From a virus: DNA of 64,000 nucleotides. The notes under the pieces were generated by a model. That model did not search any database. It was not told where the DNA came from and saw only the letters and a program-made list of their open reading frames with translations. Positions 1 through 9,240 of the stretch are shown in pieces. Location: positions 75,527 through 139,526 of the IMG/VR virus record IMGVR_UViG_3300040801_001812. One strand, written 5' to 3'. The position numbers and the translations under genes were made by a program. How positions within the stretch are numbered: position 1 is the first letter of the stretch; every line of letters begins with the position of its first letter.

Positions 1-838
1 ATTCTGTTGCGTCATCACCCGCAGCAAGAGTGGCGCGTCCCCAAATACCGAAGTCACGCGATCCGTAGGGATAGAAGCGAGGATCGTTGGCGTCCACCTC
101 TTGCAGCCAGACCTCAAGAAAGGCGAGGTCAAAGCGATGCCCTGTTGTTGGAGCGGGTGGGAAGTTAATAGTGATCTGCCCCCAGTTCCCAAAGGCCAAC
201 TTTTTGTCTGCGCTCTGAGAGGCGTCATAAGTACCTCCGTGACAGTTGAGAACTGGAACCACAAAACCATTGACCAACACGTAAATAGGCTTGGTGTTCG
301 CTTTACGGGACATGCCATCTTGTTCGATCCGCGTCTCGATGGCGAGACAGTTCTTAGTTTCCTCATCTGGCACGTTCTGATTCTTGACGGTCCACGCTCT
401 CTCAGGGACAAAGAACCCACCGAAGGGCGAGGGCATGAACTCATTGTTTTCCATCGCGAAATTAGAGCGGATGAACTTGTCTGGGTAAGGACCGTTCATA
501 AACCCGCTGGTATATCTCTCCCGCAAGAACGCAGCCGACTGCTGAAACGCGGAGAACTGGACATTCCGGATGTCAAACAGCTCTTGAAGGAAGATATCCA
601 TGTTGTCGAGACGGGAGTCAAGAGTTCCCCAGGTGTATGCACTTCCTGCGGGCCACTGGACACCAACATATGCATCCTCGATCTCGTCAACGAGTTCATC
701 CACCGCGTCCTTGATCGCTATGTCGTTAGCAGCAAGGTGATTCAGTGGCCGATTGTCCACATCGTAGCGGTAGATATCAGAGCTGGTGAATAGCTCAAGA
801 CCCGCGCCAGTGGTAATAACTGGTTTGTAGATGGCCAT
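1..838 (-). CDS. Partial (runs off left edge) virion structural / tail-fibre-like protein; absent from the ORF track
   Basis: GGAGG-N6-ATG at 838; frame open to position 1: MAIYKPVITTGAGLELFTSSDIYRYDVDNRPLNHLAAND...PPAPTTGHRFDLAFLEVW. NRPL..LA.ND and R.DL.FLEVW resemble motifs of phage fibre/baseplate proteins. Confidence 0.7.
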   Translation of the reverse strand, partial: MAIYKPVITTGAGLELFTSSDIYRYDVDNRPLNHLAANDIAIKDAVDELVDEIEDAYVGVQWPAGSAYTWGTLDSRLDNMDIFLQELFDIRNVQFSAFQQSAAFLRERYTSGFMNGPYPDKFIRSNFAMENNEFMPSPFGGFFVPERAWTVKNQNVPDEETKNCLAIETRIEQDGMSRKANTKPIYVLVNGFVVPVLNCHGGTYDASQSADKKLAFGNWGQITINFPPAPTTGHRFDLAFLEVWLQEVDANDPRFYPYGSRDFGIWGRATLAAGDDATE

Positions 839-854
839 TTAGTTCCTCCGAGAC

Positions 855-3041
855 TTAGACGAAACCTAAGCGTTTTTCGCGTTCGCGTTTCTCTTTAATG
901 CGATCTCGCCGTCGTTGACTGATGTTTGTCGTTCTAGACTTAACCGCCCGTTTATGGGTAGCCTTGAACGGCGTGGTGTGCACGTACTTACCTTCTCGTT
1001 TAGCCTGTGCCCGAAGTGCACGGCGTTGGAGAGGGGAGAGTCCTTGGTTGAGTGCAACGCCTGTTGGGACGGGGTTGTACCCATACTTCTTGATCGGTGT
1101 TCTCTTTCGAGTCTTACGTGCCATAATCTCCGCAACGCGTTCATTCTCCTTCTTGCGTTGAAGAATTCGCTCGGCATCGATGATGTCAGCACGCTTCCTC
1201 CGGGCGTCCATATTCTCATGGTCAAACCGATCCAGTGTTCCACCGATCTTTGGCTCCCATCCGGTGGCTCTCTTCCGCTCCCTGTAAGCAGCAGACCTGA
1301 GTTTCATCTTGTTCTGGGTCTGCGGGTTCCATGAGGATCCAGACTTACGGGCCAGCTTCCTAGCTACGGGGAGACTGAACTTCTCCCTACCTTGAATTAA
1401 GCGTTCTCCACCATGGAAGGGGGAGTCAAAGTACTGTAGATAGATGACAGCCGGTATCAGGGCGAACTGCCTTTGTTGGTTACCACCAATAAAAGTTCGA
1501 ACAGGGCCGTTCAATGTGGCTCTCACATGGAGCTTGTTTGTTTTTCGCCCCACAATACCTAAGTCCCGGTTAGCCGCAAGTTTAGAGTGGGCCAGATAGT
1601 CGGCGATATTTTGTGGATGGAGCTTCAACCCGAAACGCTCACGTAGGTTACCCACCAGAGGTACCCAGAGTCTACGGATTTCTTCATTGCTATTCACAAA
1701 ATTATAGTTCGATTTTCGGAGATGTCGGGTGAATCTGTCCCAGTCGTTTCCGTGGTAACCCAACCCCTTAAGGATCGTTTTATCCCACTGGTAATTTTCC
1801 GACGTACGTGGGGGTTGGATCGTCCACTGCGACTTATGCCGTTTGGTTTTCGCTGGCTCAGCGGAGTAGCCGGGGAAAAGTTTGCGTCGATCTGCGAGAC
1901 GGGTTCCGTATTCATGTTCCGACGCCATAAGCCACACGTACCACATGAAGGCTTCTTTCGCGGTACTCGCGACGTTGGCGTAGGCTGATCGGAAAGCACG
2001 CCGATTGCCGGTCAGCTTATCATCAGGAGCCTTCCCGATGAGAGCACGGCGCGATTGGTGAGCGTGCTCGTACGCCTCGCTGTGCTTCTCTTCGTCTTCG
2101 GGGCTGAGACCTCCCCCGGTTTGAGCTTGGATGGCCTTCTCTTTCTTCTCCAGGCGCTCTAACTGAAGTTCCCACTTGGATAGGGCCTGCCTGATGACAA
2201 ACCAGTTGTATGCCTTTTTCCAAGCTTTTTCCTGGAGACGAGTAATGGCCTCTTCAAAGTTAGGATATTCTTTGGGAGACTCCAGCGGGACAAAGTTCTC
2301 AGAATTGCTGAGGAGTCTGTTCCATTTGGCGCTCTTGAAGTACTTCTTCAGGTCATCGAAGGTTAGCCCTTTAGAGACGAAGTGCATGTCGGCGGGGAGC
2401 ATGGGAGCAAATTTGTTAGTCCCCGTCACGTGACCTGGAGCAGACTTATAAGGCCGGATAAAGATGTAGTACGGGACTCCGTCCAGGTCGTGTACTACAG
2501 CCCTGTCCTTCCGGTAGTCTTCCTTCTCAGTGTCAACAGCCCGCCCGATACGCTGGAGGTCGGGGTGGTAGTGCCCCTTGAGTTCTCGGGCAGAGATGGT
2601 ATGTGGGTCTTCGATGTCACCCAGATTCATCCTCATCTGACGATCTGGGCCAAAGTGAACACCTGGGTGGGTGTTCAAGTCGTAGTTAGAGACACCGGGG
2701 CGTTGATGGGCTACGGGACGGGATCTCTGAAGATCGTAATCCTGTAGCATTTTGCGGATAGCCCCCTTGAATGTAGAGGGGGCCATCTTCTGGAGGTAAG
2801 CATTACCCTTCTTGTGGGCTACGCCCTTCAAGGCACTCATCACACGGCGTCGTGCAGCTTGGTGTTGGTCGCCGTCTAGGTCCATCTCTTTAAAGACGGC
2901 AGCTACCTTCTGCTGCCAAGGCATACGAGCCGCGAAATCCGGCCCCTTAGCAGGGAGTCCCCGGTGCTCGTAGTCAAGTCGTTGTTTGATTTGGCTACGG
3001 TTCGTGGGCTTTTTAGCCTCGTGAAGAAGGTAGAAACGCAT
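855..3041 (-). CDS. Large K/R-rich hypothetical protein, candidate internal virion protein
   Basis: Long ORF; likely start MRFYLLHEAKK at 3041 via TAATG overlap with the upstream stop; very basic composition. Confidence 0.75.
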   Translation of the reverse strand: MRFYLLHEAKKPTNRSQIKQRLDYEHRGLPAKGPDFAARMPWQQKVAAVFKEMDLDGDQHQAARRRVMSALKGVAHKKGNAYLQKMAPSTFKGAIRKMLQDYDLQRSRPVAHQRPGVSNYDLNTHPGVHFGPDRQMRMNLGDIEDPHTISARELKGHYHPDLQRIGRAVDTEKEDYRKDRAVVHDLDGVPYYIFIRPYKSAPGHVTGTNKFAPMLPADMHFVSKGLTFDDLKKYFKSAKWNRLLSNSENFVPLESPKEYPNFEEAITRLQEKAWKKAYNWFVIRQALSKWELQLERLEKKEKAIQAQTGGGLSPEDEEKHSEAYEHAHQSRRALIGKAPDDKLTGNRRAFRSAYANVASTAKEAFMWYVWLMASEHEYGTRLADRRKLFPGYSAEPAKTKRHKSQWTIQPPRTSENYQWDKTILKGLGYHGNDWDRFTRHLRKSNYNFVNSNEEIRRLWVPLVGNLRERFGLKLHPQNIADYLAHSKLAANRDLGIVGRKTNKLHVRATLNGPVRTFIGGNQQRQFALIPAVIYLQYFDSPFHGGERLIQGREKFSLPVARKLARKSGSSWNPQTQNKMKLRSAAYRERKRATGWEPKIGGTLDRFDHENMDARRKRADIIDAERILQRKKENERVAEIMARKTRKRTPIKKYGYNPVPTGVALNQGLSPLQRRALRAQAKREGKYVHTTPFKATHKRAVKSRTTNISQRRRDRIKEKREREKRLGFV

Positions 3042-3535
3042 TAGAACGTAAACGTCCACGTGGCTACTAGCTTGATCGTGCTGTTCTTCACGATGTAGCC
3101 AAACGCTTTGTGCGCGAACATCAGTGTGCCGCTAGCGTAGTATAACCCAGCCTCAGAGTACTCCAGTGTTCCGGTCCCGTTCCCCTCAGCGGCCTCAACA
3201 GTGGCTTCAAATTGAACCTTCCGGTCAGAAGGCCATGTGGTTGTGCTGGTAACGTCATACGAGAAATTCTCATTACCGTAAAGATCGGTGTCGGTGACAT
3301 CCACGGTTTCCATGACTGTAACGTCTGAAGGGTCGTGTCCTCCGTCACCGAACTTCATCGTATCAACAAACCAGTCGCCAGAGGCGTTGCCCAGAAGTCT
3401 AGCGAGAGCTTCCCGACCGTCGTTGACCACGATATTTTCGCCAGTCACGTGCTGTACGAGTCGTCCTGAGGGTGCGTGGAAGGCTCTTAGGTCGAAAACG
3501 CCGACCGGTACCTTCACGGTGTCGAATAGGTTCAT
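3041..3535 (-). CDS. Small baseplate/tail-fibre attachment (collar-like) protein
   Basis: NIVVNDGREALARLL, FGDGG, EAGLY, LMFAHKAF..IVK and C-terminal TWTFTF pattern; GGAGG SD. Confidence 0.65.
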   Translation of the reverse strand: MNLFDTVKVPVGVFDLRAFHAPSGRLVQHVTGENIVVNDGREALARLLGNASGDWFVDTMKFGDGGHDPSDVTVMETVDVTDTDLYGNENFSYDVTSTTTWPSDRKVQFEATVEAAEGNGTGTLEYSEAGLYYASGTLMFAHKAFGYIVKNSTIKLVATWTFTF

Positions 3536-4595
3536 GGTCTTCCTCCCAGAAATTGTGCGCTATGCTTTCTTCGATGGAGATAAGCGGTTCGTCAAGGGCG
3601 TAAGCCACTTCGTAAGGGCAGGGACGTAACTTCCACTCAATCCCCTTTTCATCACTAAATCTCCGAAGAGACCCTCGAAACGCTGCACTGGCTTTGCAGT
3701 TTTTGCAGTGGGCTTCGTTGACACCACCCATGAATCGAGGGCACAACCACGTTTGAGTCTCCCGGTGGAAGTGTCTTCCTCGATCCTTGAAAAACTCGAT
3801 AATTTCATGGAATTCACCTCTTCGAAGCCAGTCATACGTTCGCTCCGCTTCTCCCCATAGGGTGTTCTCTCGCTTTTCGGGGTAACTCCGTCGCAGCTTG
3901 GGTTTGATGTTCCCTGCCGCACATCGGAAGTCTCCCTCTCCAATAAACCCCGTGAGACGCCATAACGACTCAGTAGGGCGGTCGATAAGGTCGTCGAAAT
4001 CAACCATGAGATAAGGGACCTCTGGGTGGGCGGTAAACCATTCAGCCAGTTCGATAGAGACGCGAATGAACATCTGGGGGGAGTGAACGACCTCCGAGTT
4101 GATGTCAAACTCTTCGCCCCCTAGCGTACGCAGCTTTTCACGGCCTAGCCGTTCTTGGGACTTCGCTACAGCACGCGGATGGCGAATCATAACGACGACC
4201 TTTTCCACATAGGTCGGGTCCGTCTTCGATAGCCCTTGTGAGACGATCTTGCCAACAAGGGGGCGTTCCGCAGCTTTCACCTCCGCTATAAGCGAACGCA
4301 ATTGAGGCTTGTAGCGAAATCCACTAACTGAAAAACGGCCATCTTCCCAGAACCCGTCCGGATTCATGTCGTGATACCGCTCCTCCTCAGCGTCAGAGGG
4401 TAGCTGGTCCTGAACGGTCAGGTAGTACATCCGGAGGGCGTATTGCGCGTCAGACTCTTTGAGGTGCTGTTCCAACTTAGTTCTCTGGGGCTTCTCAACC
4501 CCGAGGATCCGATTTTCACCAAGCGTTGTCCTAAAACAGGACATCATTAGGGAGGTTCCGGATCGGGGACACCCGGAAATTACATACAAGCCCAT
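3399..4595 (-). CDS. Sulfotransferase-family (P-loop) protein with C-terminal Cys cluster
   Basis: 5'-PSB-like SGCPRSGTSLMM, NPDGFWE and 3'-PB-like IRHPRAVAKS; C-terminal CPRF..HCKNC..CPYE. Confidence 0.75.
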   Translation of the reverse strand: MGLYVISGCPRSGTSLMMSCFRTTLGENRILGVEKPQRTKLEQHLKESDAQYALRMYYLTVQDQLPSDAEEERYHDMNPDGFWEDGRFSVSGFRYKPQLRSLIAEVKAAERPLVGKIVSQGLSKTDPTYVEKVVVMIRHPRAVAKSQERLGREKLRTLGGEEFDINSEVVHSPQMFIRVSIELAEWFTAHPEVPYLMVDFDDLIDRPTESLWRLTGFIGEGDFRCAAGNIKPKLRRSYPEKRENTLWGEAERTYDWLRRGEFHEIIEFFKDRGRHFHRETQTWLCPRFMGGVNEAHCKNCKASAAFRGSLRRFSDEKGIEWKLRPCPYEVAYALDEPLISIEESIAHNFWEEDHEPIRHREGTGRRFRPKSLPRTLRTTRTARDWRKYRGQRRSGSSR

Positions 4596-4603
4596 AAGTC
4601 TCC

Positions 4604-6640
4604 TTACGTTGAAGCAGTCTCAGGTTTCAACGGGAAGTTGGATGCCCGAGATATGGTAATTGTTTTTCCGTCAACAGTATACTCCTTAAACCCCCAATCT
4701 CCTATACCAATTCCCTTGGCATAGGCCCCTGTGGGGGATGTCGTTACCCAGGAATCTCCATTTTGTCCCGTAGATGTACCCGTGTAGTAATAAAAATTCA
4801 CCGCAGATGACCGAGTAGACCCGTTGAAATTCGCTTCCAAAGCAACTTTATAGAACGATGGTGAAGTCGTTGACCATGCCCAGTTGAGGACAAGGTTTGT
4901 AGGGGCGCTATAAGTACCCCCATAGGAGAACTCATAGTTACTTGGGGTCAATAAATGCACACCCTCAGATAGTCCACCCCAAGAACCCCCAGAAATGGTA
5001 GCGATTATCTGAGGAGTACCGCTTCCAACCGCAGCCGTGGTCGTAGGTTCTTTAATGTACTTCAGGAGTACTTGGTAAGACACGCCGCTGAGATCAGAAT
5101 CCGAGGTACAATAGATCTTGTAGTCCAGTTTGTTATAGGTAAACGACGCCTTGGCGTTAGCCGTAACTGAATCGTCCTCGCGCCCCACCCAACCTTCTGA
5201 AGCGGTGTTAGCGGAGACCTGAACATCAATCACGTGGAAAACGTCGTTGACACCCAGCCCAGAAGCCACAGATTTCGTTGTCGCGTTCGGTCCTGTTCCA
5301 AAATCTACAACCACAGCGTAGACTGGGATTCCTTTGTAGGTGTCTCCTGTGTCATACTCAGCAGTGGTGTACGCCTTGCCACCCCCAGACGCTGCATCTT
5401 CCCACGTCGGGTTAGCAGCCGCTCCACCAGACGTAAGAACTTGACCAACAGTACCTGCGCTCAAAGCAGCCCAGGCCGAACCACTATGATAAAGAATATC
5501 CCCCTGAGAGGACGCGGTGGGGAGGGTTTCTAAAGCACTCCACGTGGGCTGACCAGACCCAACGGTAAGAACATCCCCCGCTGTACCTAGCCCAAGGTTA
5601 ACCCAGGAGCTGGTATCATCGTCATAGTACACGATATCCCCGTCAGCAATTTCACTACTAGGCAAGCTACCAATATCTTCCCAAGCAACGTTTGCCCCTG
5701 CCCCACCCGATGTGAGAACTTGGCCGTCCGTTCCAACAGCCAGTGCTACCCAGCTAGAACCATTGTGGTATAGGACGTTTCCTTGTACCCCGGATGGTAA
5801 GCCCGACCCGCCAGATTCATCCGCCCAAATAGGATTCGATCCTGCCCCTTGGGTTTTCAGGACTTGGCCACTAGTACCAACCCCGAGGTTATCCCACGCA
5901 GATCCGTTGTAGAACAAGATCTCGCCCTGTGCTGCACCAGCGGGAGCAGGGATCGCAGAAGCATCAGCTACCGCTTCCCAGGTGGGGTCGGCCCCGGCCC
6001 CTTGCGTAGTAAGAACATAGCCAGCAGTGCCGACACCAAGACTAGCCCAATCAGATCCATCATAGTAAAGTACCTCGCCCTGAGCGGGTGTAGCAGGCTC
6101 TGAAATCCAGTCTTTAACGATGTACTCCAGAGCATTTGCCGCTGAGTTAACAGCGACGATACGACCCGACAAATAAGGATCTGGTGTATCTGACAGCCCG
6201 AGGAAGGTCCCCCCGCTGCCCGATACGTCCATAGCAACCCAACCAGTGTTGCTCGTCCCCGACTCTTTAATATACGCAGAGGTACCCGCCCCGCCATCCG
6301 TTCTTAGCGCAAGAGATCCGGGGCTAGCGGTAACGGCCCCCTCGGGAGTTCCCGTAACGAAGTGAATAGCCACATCTGTATCGGTCTTGTAAGTCAGCTT
6401 GTCAGCAATCAGCTCATCAGCCGTCAAAGGAACGGTAGCATCAAGAACGACTCCAGTAGAGACCTTCGCGCTTAGGATGCCTGCGAACTCGATCTCGTCC
6501 TGGCTCAGCCCTAGGAGGGTAGCGTTATCGCCCCCGTCCTTTAAGATTTGAGGAGTAGACGCCGGAAGCCCCGCATTGGAGTTATCCAAGTACAGGAGAT
6601 CCAGGTAGTTATCTTTGGGTGCGCTTCCGGTTAGTGCCAT
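4604..6640 (-). CDS. Tail fibre / receptor-binding protein
   Basis: GTPEGAVTASPGSL..GW and FLGLSDTP modules; five G[DEN][IV]LY..GS.W..L..GT.GQVL repeats; located after baseplate genes. Confidence 0.75.
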   Translation of the reverse strand: MALTGSAPKDNYLDLLYLDNSNAGLPASTPQILKDGGDNATLLGLSQDEIEFAGILSAKVSTGVVLDATVPLTADELIADKLTYKTDTDVAIHFVTGTPEGAVTASPGSLALRTDGGAGTSAYIKESGTSNTGWVAMDVSGSGGTFLGLSDTPDPYLSGRIVAVNSAANALEYIVKDWISEPATPAQGEVLYYDGSDWASLGVGTAGYVLTTQGAGADPTWEAVADASAIPAPAGAAQGEILFYNGSAWDNLGVGTSGQVLKTQGAGSNPIWADESGGSGLPSGVQGNVLYHNGSSWVALAVGTDGQVLTSGGAGANVAWEDIGSLPSSEIADGDIVYYDDDTSSWVNLGLGTAGDVLTVGSGQPTWSALETLPTASSQGDILYHSGSAWAALSAGTVGQVLTSGGAAANPTWEDAASGGGKAYTTAEYDTGDTYKGIPVYAVVVDFGTGPNATTKSVASGLGVNDVFHVIDVQVSANTASEGWVGREDDSVTANAKASFTYNKLDYKIYCTSDSDLSGVSYQVLLKYIKEPTTTAAVGSGTPQIIATISGGSWGGLSEGVHLLTPSNYEFSYGGTYSAPTNLVLNWAWSTTSPSFYKVALEANFNGSTRSSAVNFYYYTGTSTGQNGDSWVTTSPTGAYAKGIGIGDWGFKEYTVDGKTITISRASNFPLKPETAST
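5399..6086 (-). repeat. Five degenerate ~46-50 aa repeats in the tail fibre
   Basis: Units such as AQGEVLYYDGSDWASLGVGTAGYVLTTQGAGADPTWE and SQGDILYHSGSAWAALSAGTVGQVLTSGGAAANPTWE; boundaries approximate. Confidence 0.85.
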
Positions 6641-6665
6641 CTAATCCTCCATAATGTGGGCATAT

Positions 6666-6671
6666 AATAAA
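6666..6671 (-). promoter_or_regulatory. Putative late promoter motif TTTATT
   Basis: GTTTATTATATG in the gap upstream of the GGAGG/ATG of the tail fibre. Confidence 0.6.
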
Positions 6672-6681
6672 CACCCCTCTA

Positions 6682-9240
6682 TTAAACTGTGGGCATCTGG
6701 TGGTGTGGCCAACTATCAGTGGGTGCCCCAATCCAGAACCCGAGTAGCCAAGCGTCCCTCAAATAGGTATTTAACTGGGCACTGGCATACACACGGAAGA
6801 TGTTCAGTTCGGTCAGACCATCAGCCAGACCGGAACCATTCGCTAGAGTCACGGTCGTCTCGGCTGCGTGATCTGTCCCGGTGGTTGAGTAAATTGAACG
6901 GGTATAGAGCTGACCGGTAGATGGGAACCACTCCATCCGAATGCAAAGCCAAGCATTGGCCTGATCACAGCTCTGTGGGGTGGAATGAATTACCCCGGCA
7001 GAATCGACATACGATGAACGCTGAATATCGTATGGGCTTGCTCGCCATACGGCAACCTGGACCCCATCTTCATCGGTGTTTCCATCCCTGGATTTGTTCC
7101 AAACACCAACATAGGGTCCTGCGGGTCCAGACGTTTCGTGAGATATCCAATAAGACAAGCGGAATCCCCCAGTGGCATCGACTGGATCTGGCAGAGTAAA
7201 CTCTCCGATGCAGGCGTTAGTGGGGTCGGTGTCAAAGTGAAGGCATTTTCGACTTGGATCCCAACCGTGAATCCTGTTTGAAACAACAGTTGGAGCGACA
7301 CCAGTTTCACCCGGAGGCTTAACCCAACCGTCTGGCGTTGCTCCAATCGTCGCGTCGTCAAACCTGTGGAAGTAAGGGAGAGAGAGGTACGAAGAGGCAC
7401 TTCCTCCCCAGTCTTCAAACAGCTCGTCCTCAGCTTCCCAGTTATCCGCCTGCATTTCCCAAGGCGTCTCCCCAGATGGGTTCTGCTCAACCCGCAACAC
7501 CGACAGAGGACGCGTAGCGTAGCCAAACTCTCGCGTAAGGGTGTTAGCATGACCAGCAGCACTCAGGACGTCTGTGAAACCCCTGGAGGGGAAGTCGGCC
7601 TTATCGATGAACGGCACTGGACCAGTGGCCGGATACAAGTTCATCCCATCCCGAGTGAGAGGAAGGGTGTATGGTTCTTCTGGGATCCACGAGACCTCGA
7701 CGTACAGATCCTCAGGTGGGTGACAGTAGCCTTCTTGTGGGTCACGCACATGCGGGAATGGAAGCTCGGAAGAACCACGCGGGAAGAGACCAGAGCGATC
7801 ACACGGGGGGATCTCTGTGGAGTAGCTGTAGTCTACTACAATATCCGTGCCATTATCTGGTTCGTAGCCCGAGTCGAAGTCCATCCACCACGCGCCGGTT
7901 AGGTAATCCAGAACGCCCGTAACCCCTTCTGCGATAAGGACACCTTCTTCGCCAACGTCTTCAACGTCAACCGGGGAACCTCCGATAGTAACCGTGAAAA
8001 CGACCCCTGGGAACATCCAAGCATTGGCGAGAGTACCTGAAACATGGTCTAACCCAGCCGAGGCTACGCTGTAGGTGACCTCGTCTACAACATCAGTGGC
8101 TACAACGGACCCGGCCAACGGGGTCGTAAGCGCCAAGGGGTTCGAACCCAAAAGACGTTCATCCAAACGGGTGTACTGGATGTCGTCTTGGTCGCAGTAG
8201 CCTAGATACCAGCCCTTCTCGTCCCGAACCGGGTTTGCCGTCATGATTGACGTTGGTTCGACGGGGTCGTCTACCTGCTCCTGCATCTCGGTCAAGAACT
8301 CTAGCCATTCAAGAACAGCGAACACGGGGCGCAGGAACTCAATCCTACGGTGCATGTAGTTGAAGTCGGGAGTATCGAAATGGAGCCTCAGCAGGGCACC
8401 AGCAGCCGATAGCTCGTCAACCATCTCATACCACGCCTCGTCCTCTCCAACCTCCTCGGCGAGCGCCTCGTACTCGTCGATGAGCAACTGGGGAGTTGCC
8501 CCCCACTCGATGAACACGTGTCGGTCGCCTACGATCCCTCGGAGACGGATGCCATAGTGCGGACTACGGTACCACGTGCCTCCGTTCTCGATCAAAAGAG
8601 GAAAATCGTTCGGCGGATCATTTCCCGCTGCCACACCAGGGATTGTATCGGTGAAGGTTGCGTAATCCTCTGTCCATAGCGGGATCATCTCTGTGTCGAA
8701 CCCAAAGGCGTACAGGATTGCCCGGAACGCCTTACGGCTACCCTTGGCTTTATACCAGTCAATAGCCGTCCGAAGTTGTCTCCGCTGCTCAGCCGTGTTG
8801 TCCACATCTTCCAGGGGGAAGTTCAGCATCTCTGCGATTACACGGAGGTACCGTGGGGGGCAATGCTCGATATCAAGAATGAGTGGTAACTCGTCGATAG
8901 CCTGCTTGATCTCGTCCAACGTGATAGCGAACACCTGGGTAAACGCATCGAGGGCACCGTCACCCCCACCCTCAGGAATTGTCTGGACGTCCTTCCTCCA
9001 ATATTCGTAAGGGAGGAAATTGAGGATATTGTCCTGAAAATAGGTCTGGGTGATGGACTCGATCAAGATGGTCCCGCTATCCCGTGCGATATCCTGACTC
9101 GGAATAACCGCAATACGTCCACTAGCGTGCGTTGGTTCAACAACGTAGATGACCGCACTCCCCGCATAGAGTGGGTCAATGATGAAGATTCGACCTGAAC
9201 CTTCAGTGGCCGGGATCGTTGGAGGAGATGGCAGAGGCAT
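6682..9240 (-). CDS. Baseplate wedge protein (P2 gpI / T4 gp7-like N-terminus) with C-terminal lectin-like beta domain
   Basis: LDIEHCPPRYLRVIAEMLNF, AIDWYKAKGS..AFRAIL..FG and IEFLRPV motifs; lies downstream of the gp6-like gene. Confidence 0.7.
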   Translation of the reverse strand: MPLPSPPTIPATEGSGRIFIIDPLYAGSAVIYVVEPTHASGRIAVIPSQDIARDSGTILIESITQTYFQDNILNFLPYEYWRKDVQTIPEGGGDGALDAFTQVFAITLDEIKQAIDELPLILDIEHCPPRYLRVIAEMLNFPLEDVDNTAEQRRQLRTAIDWYKAKGSRKAFRAILYAFGFDTEMIPLWTEDYATFTDTIPGVAAGNDPPNDFPLLIENGGTWYRSPHYGIRLRGIVGDRHVFIEWGATPQLLIDEYEALAEEVGEDEAWYEMVDELSAAGALLRLHFDTPDFNYMHRRIEFLRPVFAVLEWLEFLTEMQEQVDDPVEPTSIMTANPVRDEKGWYLGYCDQDDIQYTRLDERLLGSNPLALTTPLAGSVVATDVVDEVTYSVASAGLDHVSGTLANAWMFPGVVFTVTIGGSPVDVEDVGEEGVLIAEGVTGVLDYLTGAWWMDFDSGYEPDNGTDIVVDYSYSTEIPPCDRSGLFPRGSSELPFPHVRDPQEGYCHPPEDLYVEVSWIPEEPYTLPLTRDGMNLYPATGPVPFIDKADFPSRGFTDVLSAAGHANTLTREFGYATRPLSVLRVEQNPSGETPWEMQADNWEAEDELFEDWGGSASSYLSLPYFHRFDDATIGATPDGWVKPPGETGVAPTVVSNRIHGWDPSRKCLHFDTDPTNACIGEFTLPDPVDATGGFRLSYWISHETSGPAGPYVGVWNKSRDGNTDEDGVQVAVWRASPYDIQRSSYVDSAGVIHSTPQSCDQANAWLCIRMEWFPSTGQLYTRSIYSTTGTDHAAETTVTLANGSGLADGLTELNIFRVYASAQLNTYLRDAWLLGFWIGAPTDSWPHHQMPTV

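Noticed and set aside
101-793. 230-aa plus-strand ORF
   Set aside because: Antisense to the SD-supported minus-strand gene starting at 838
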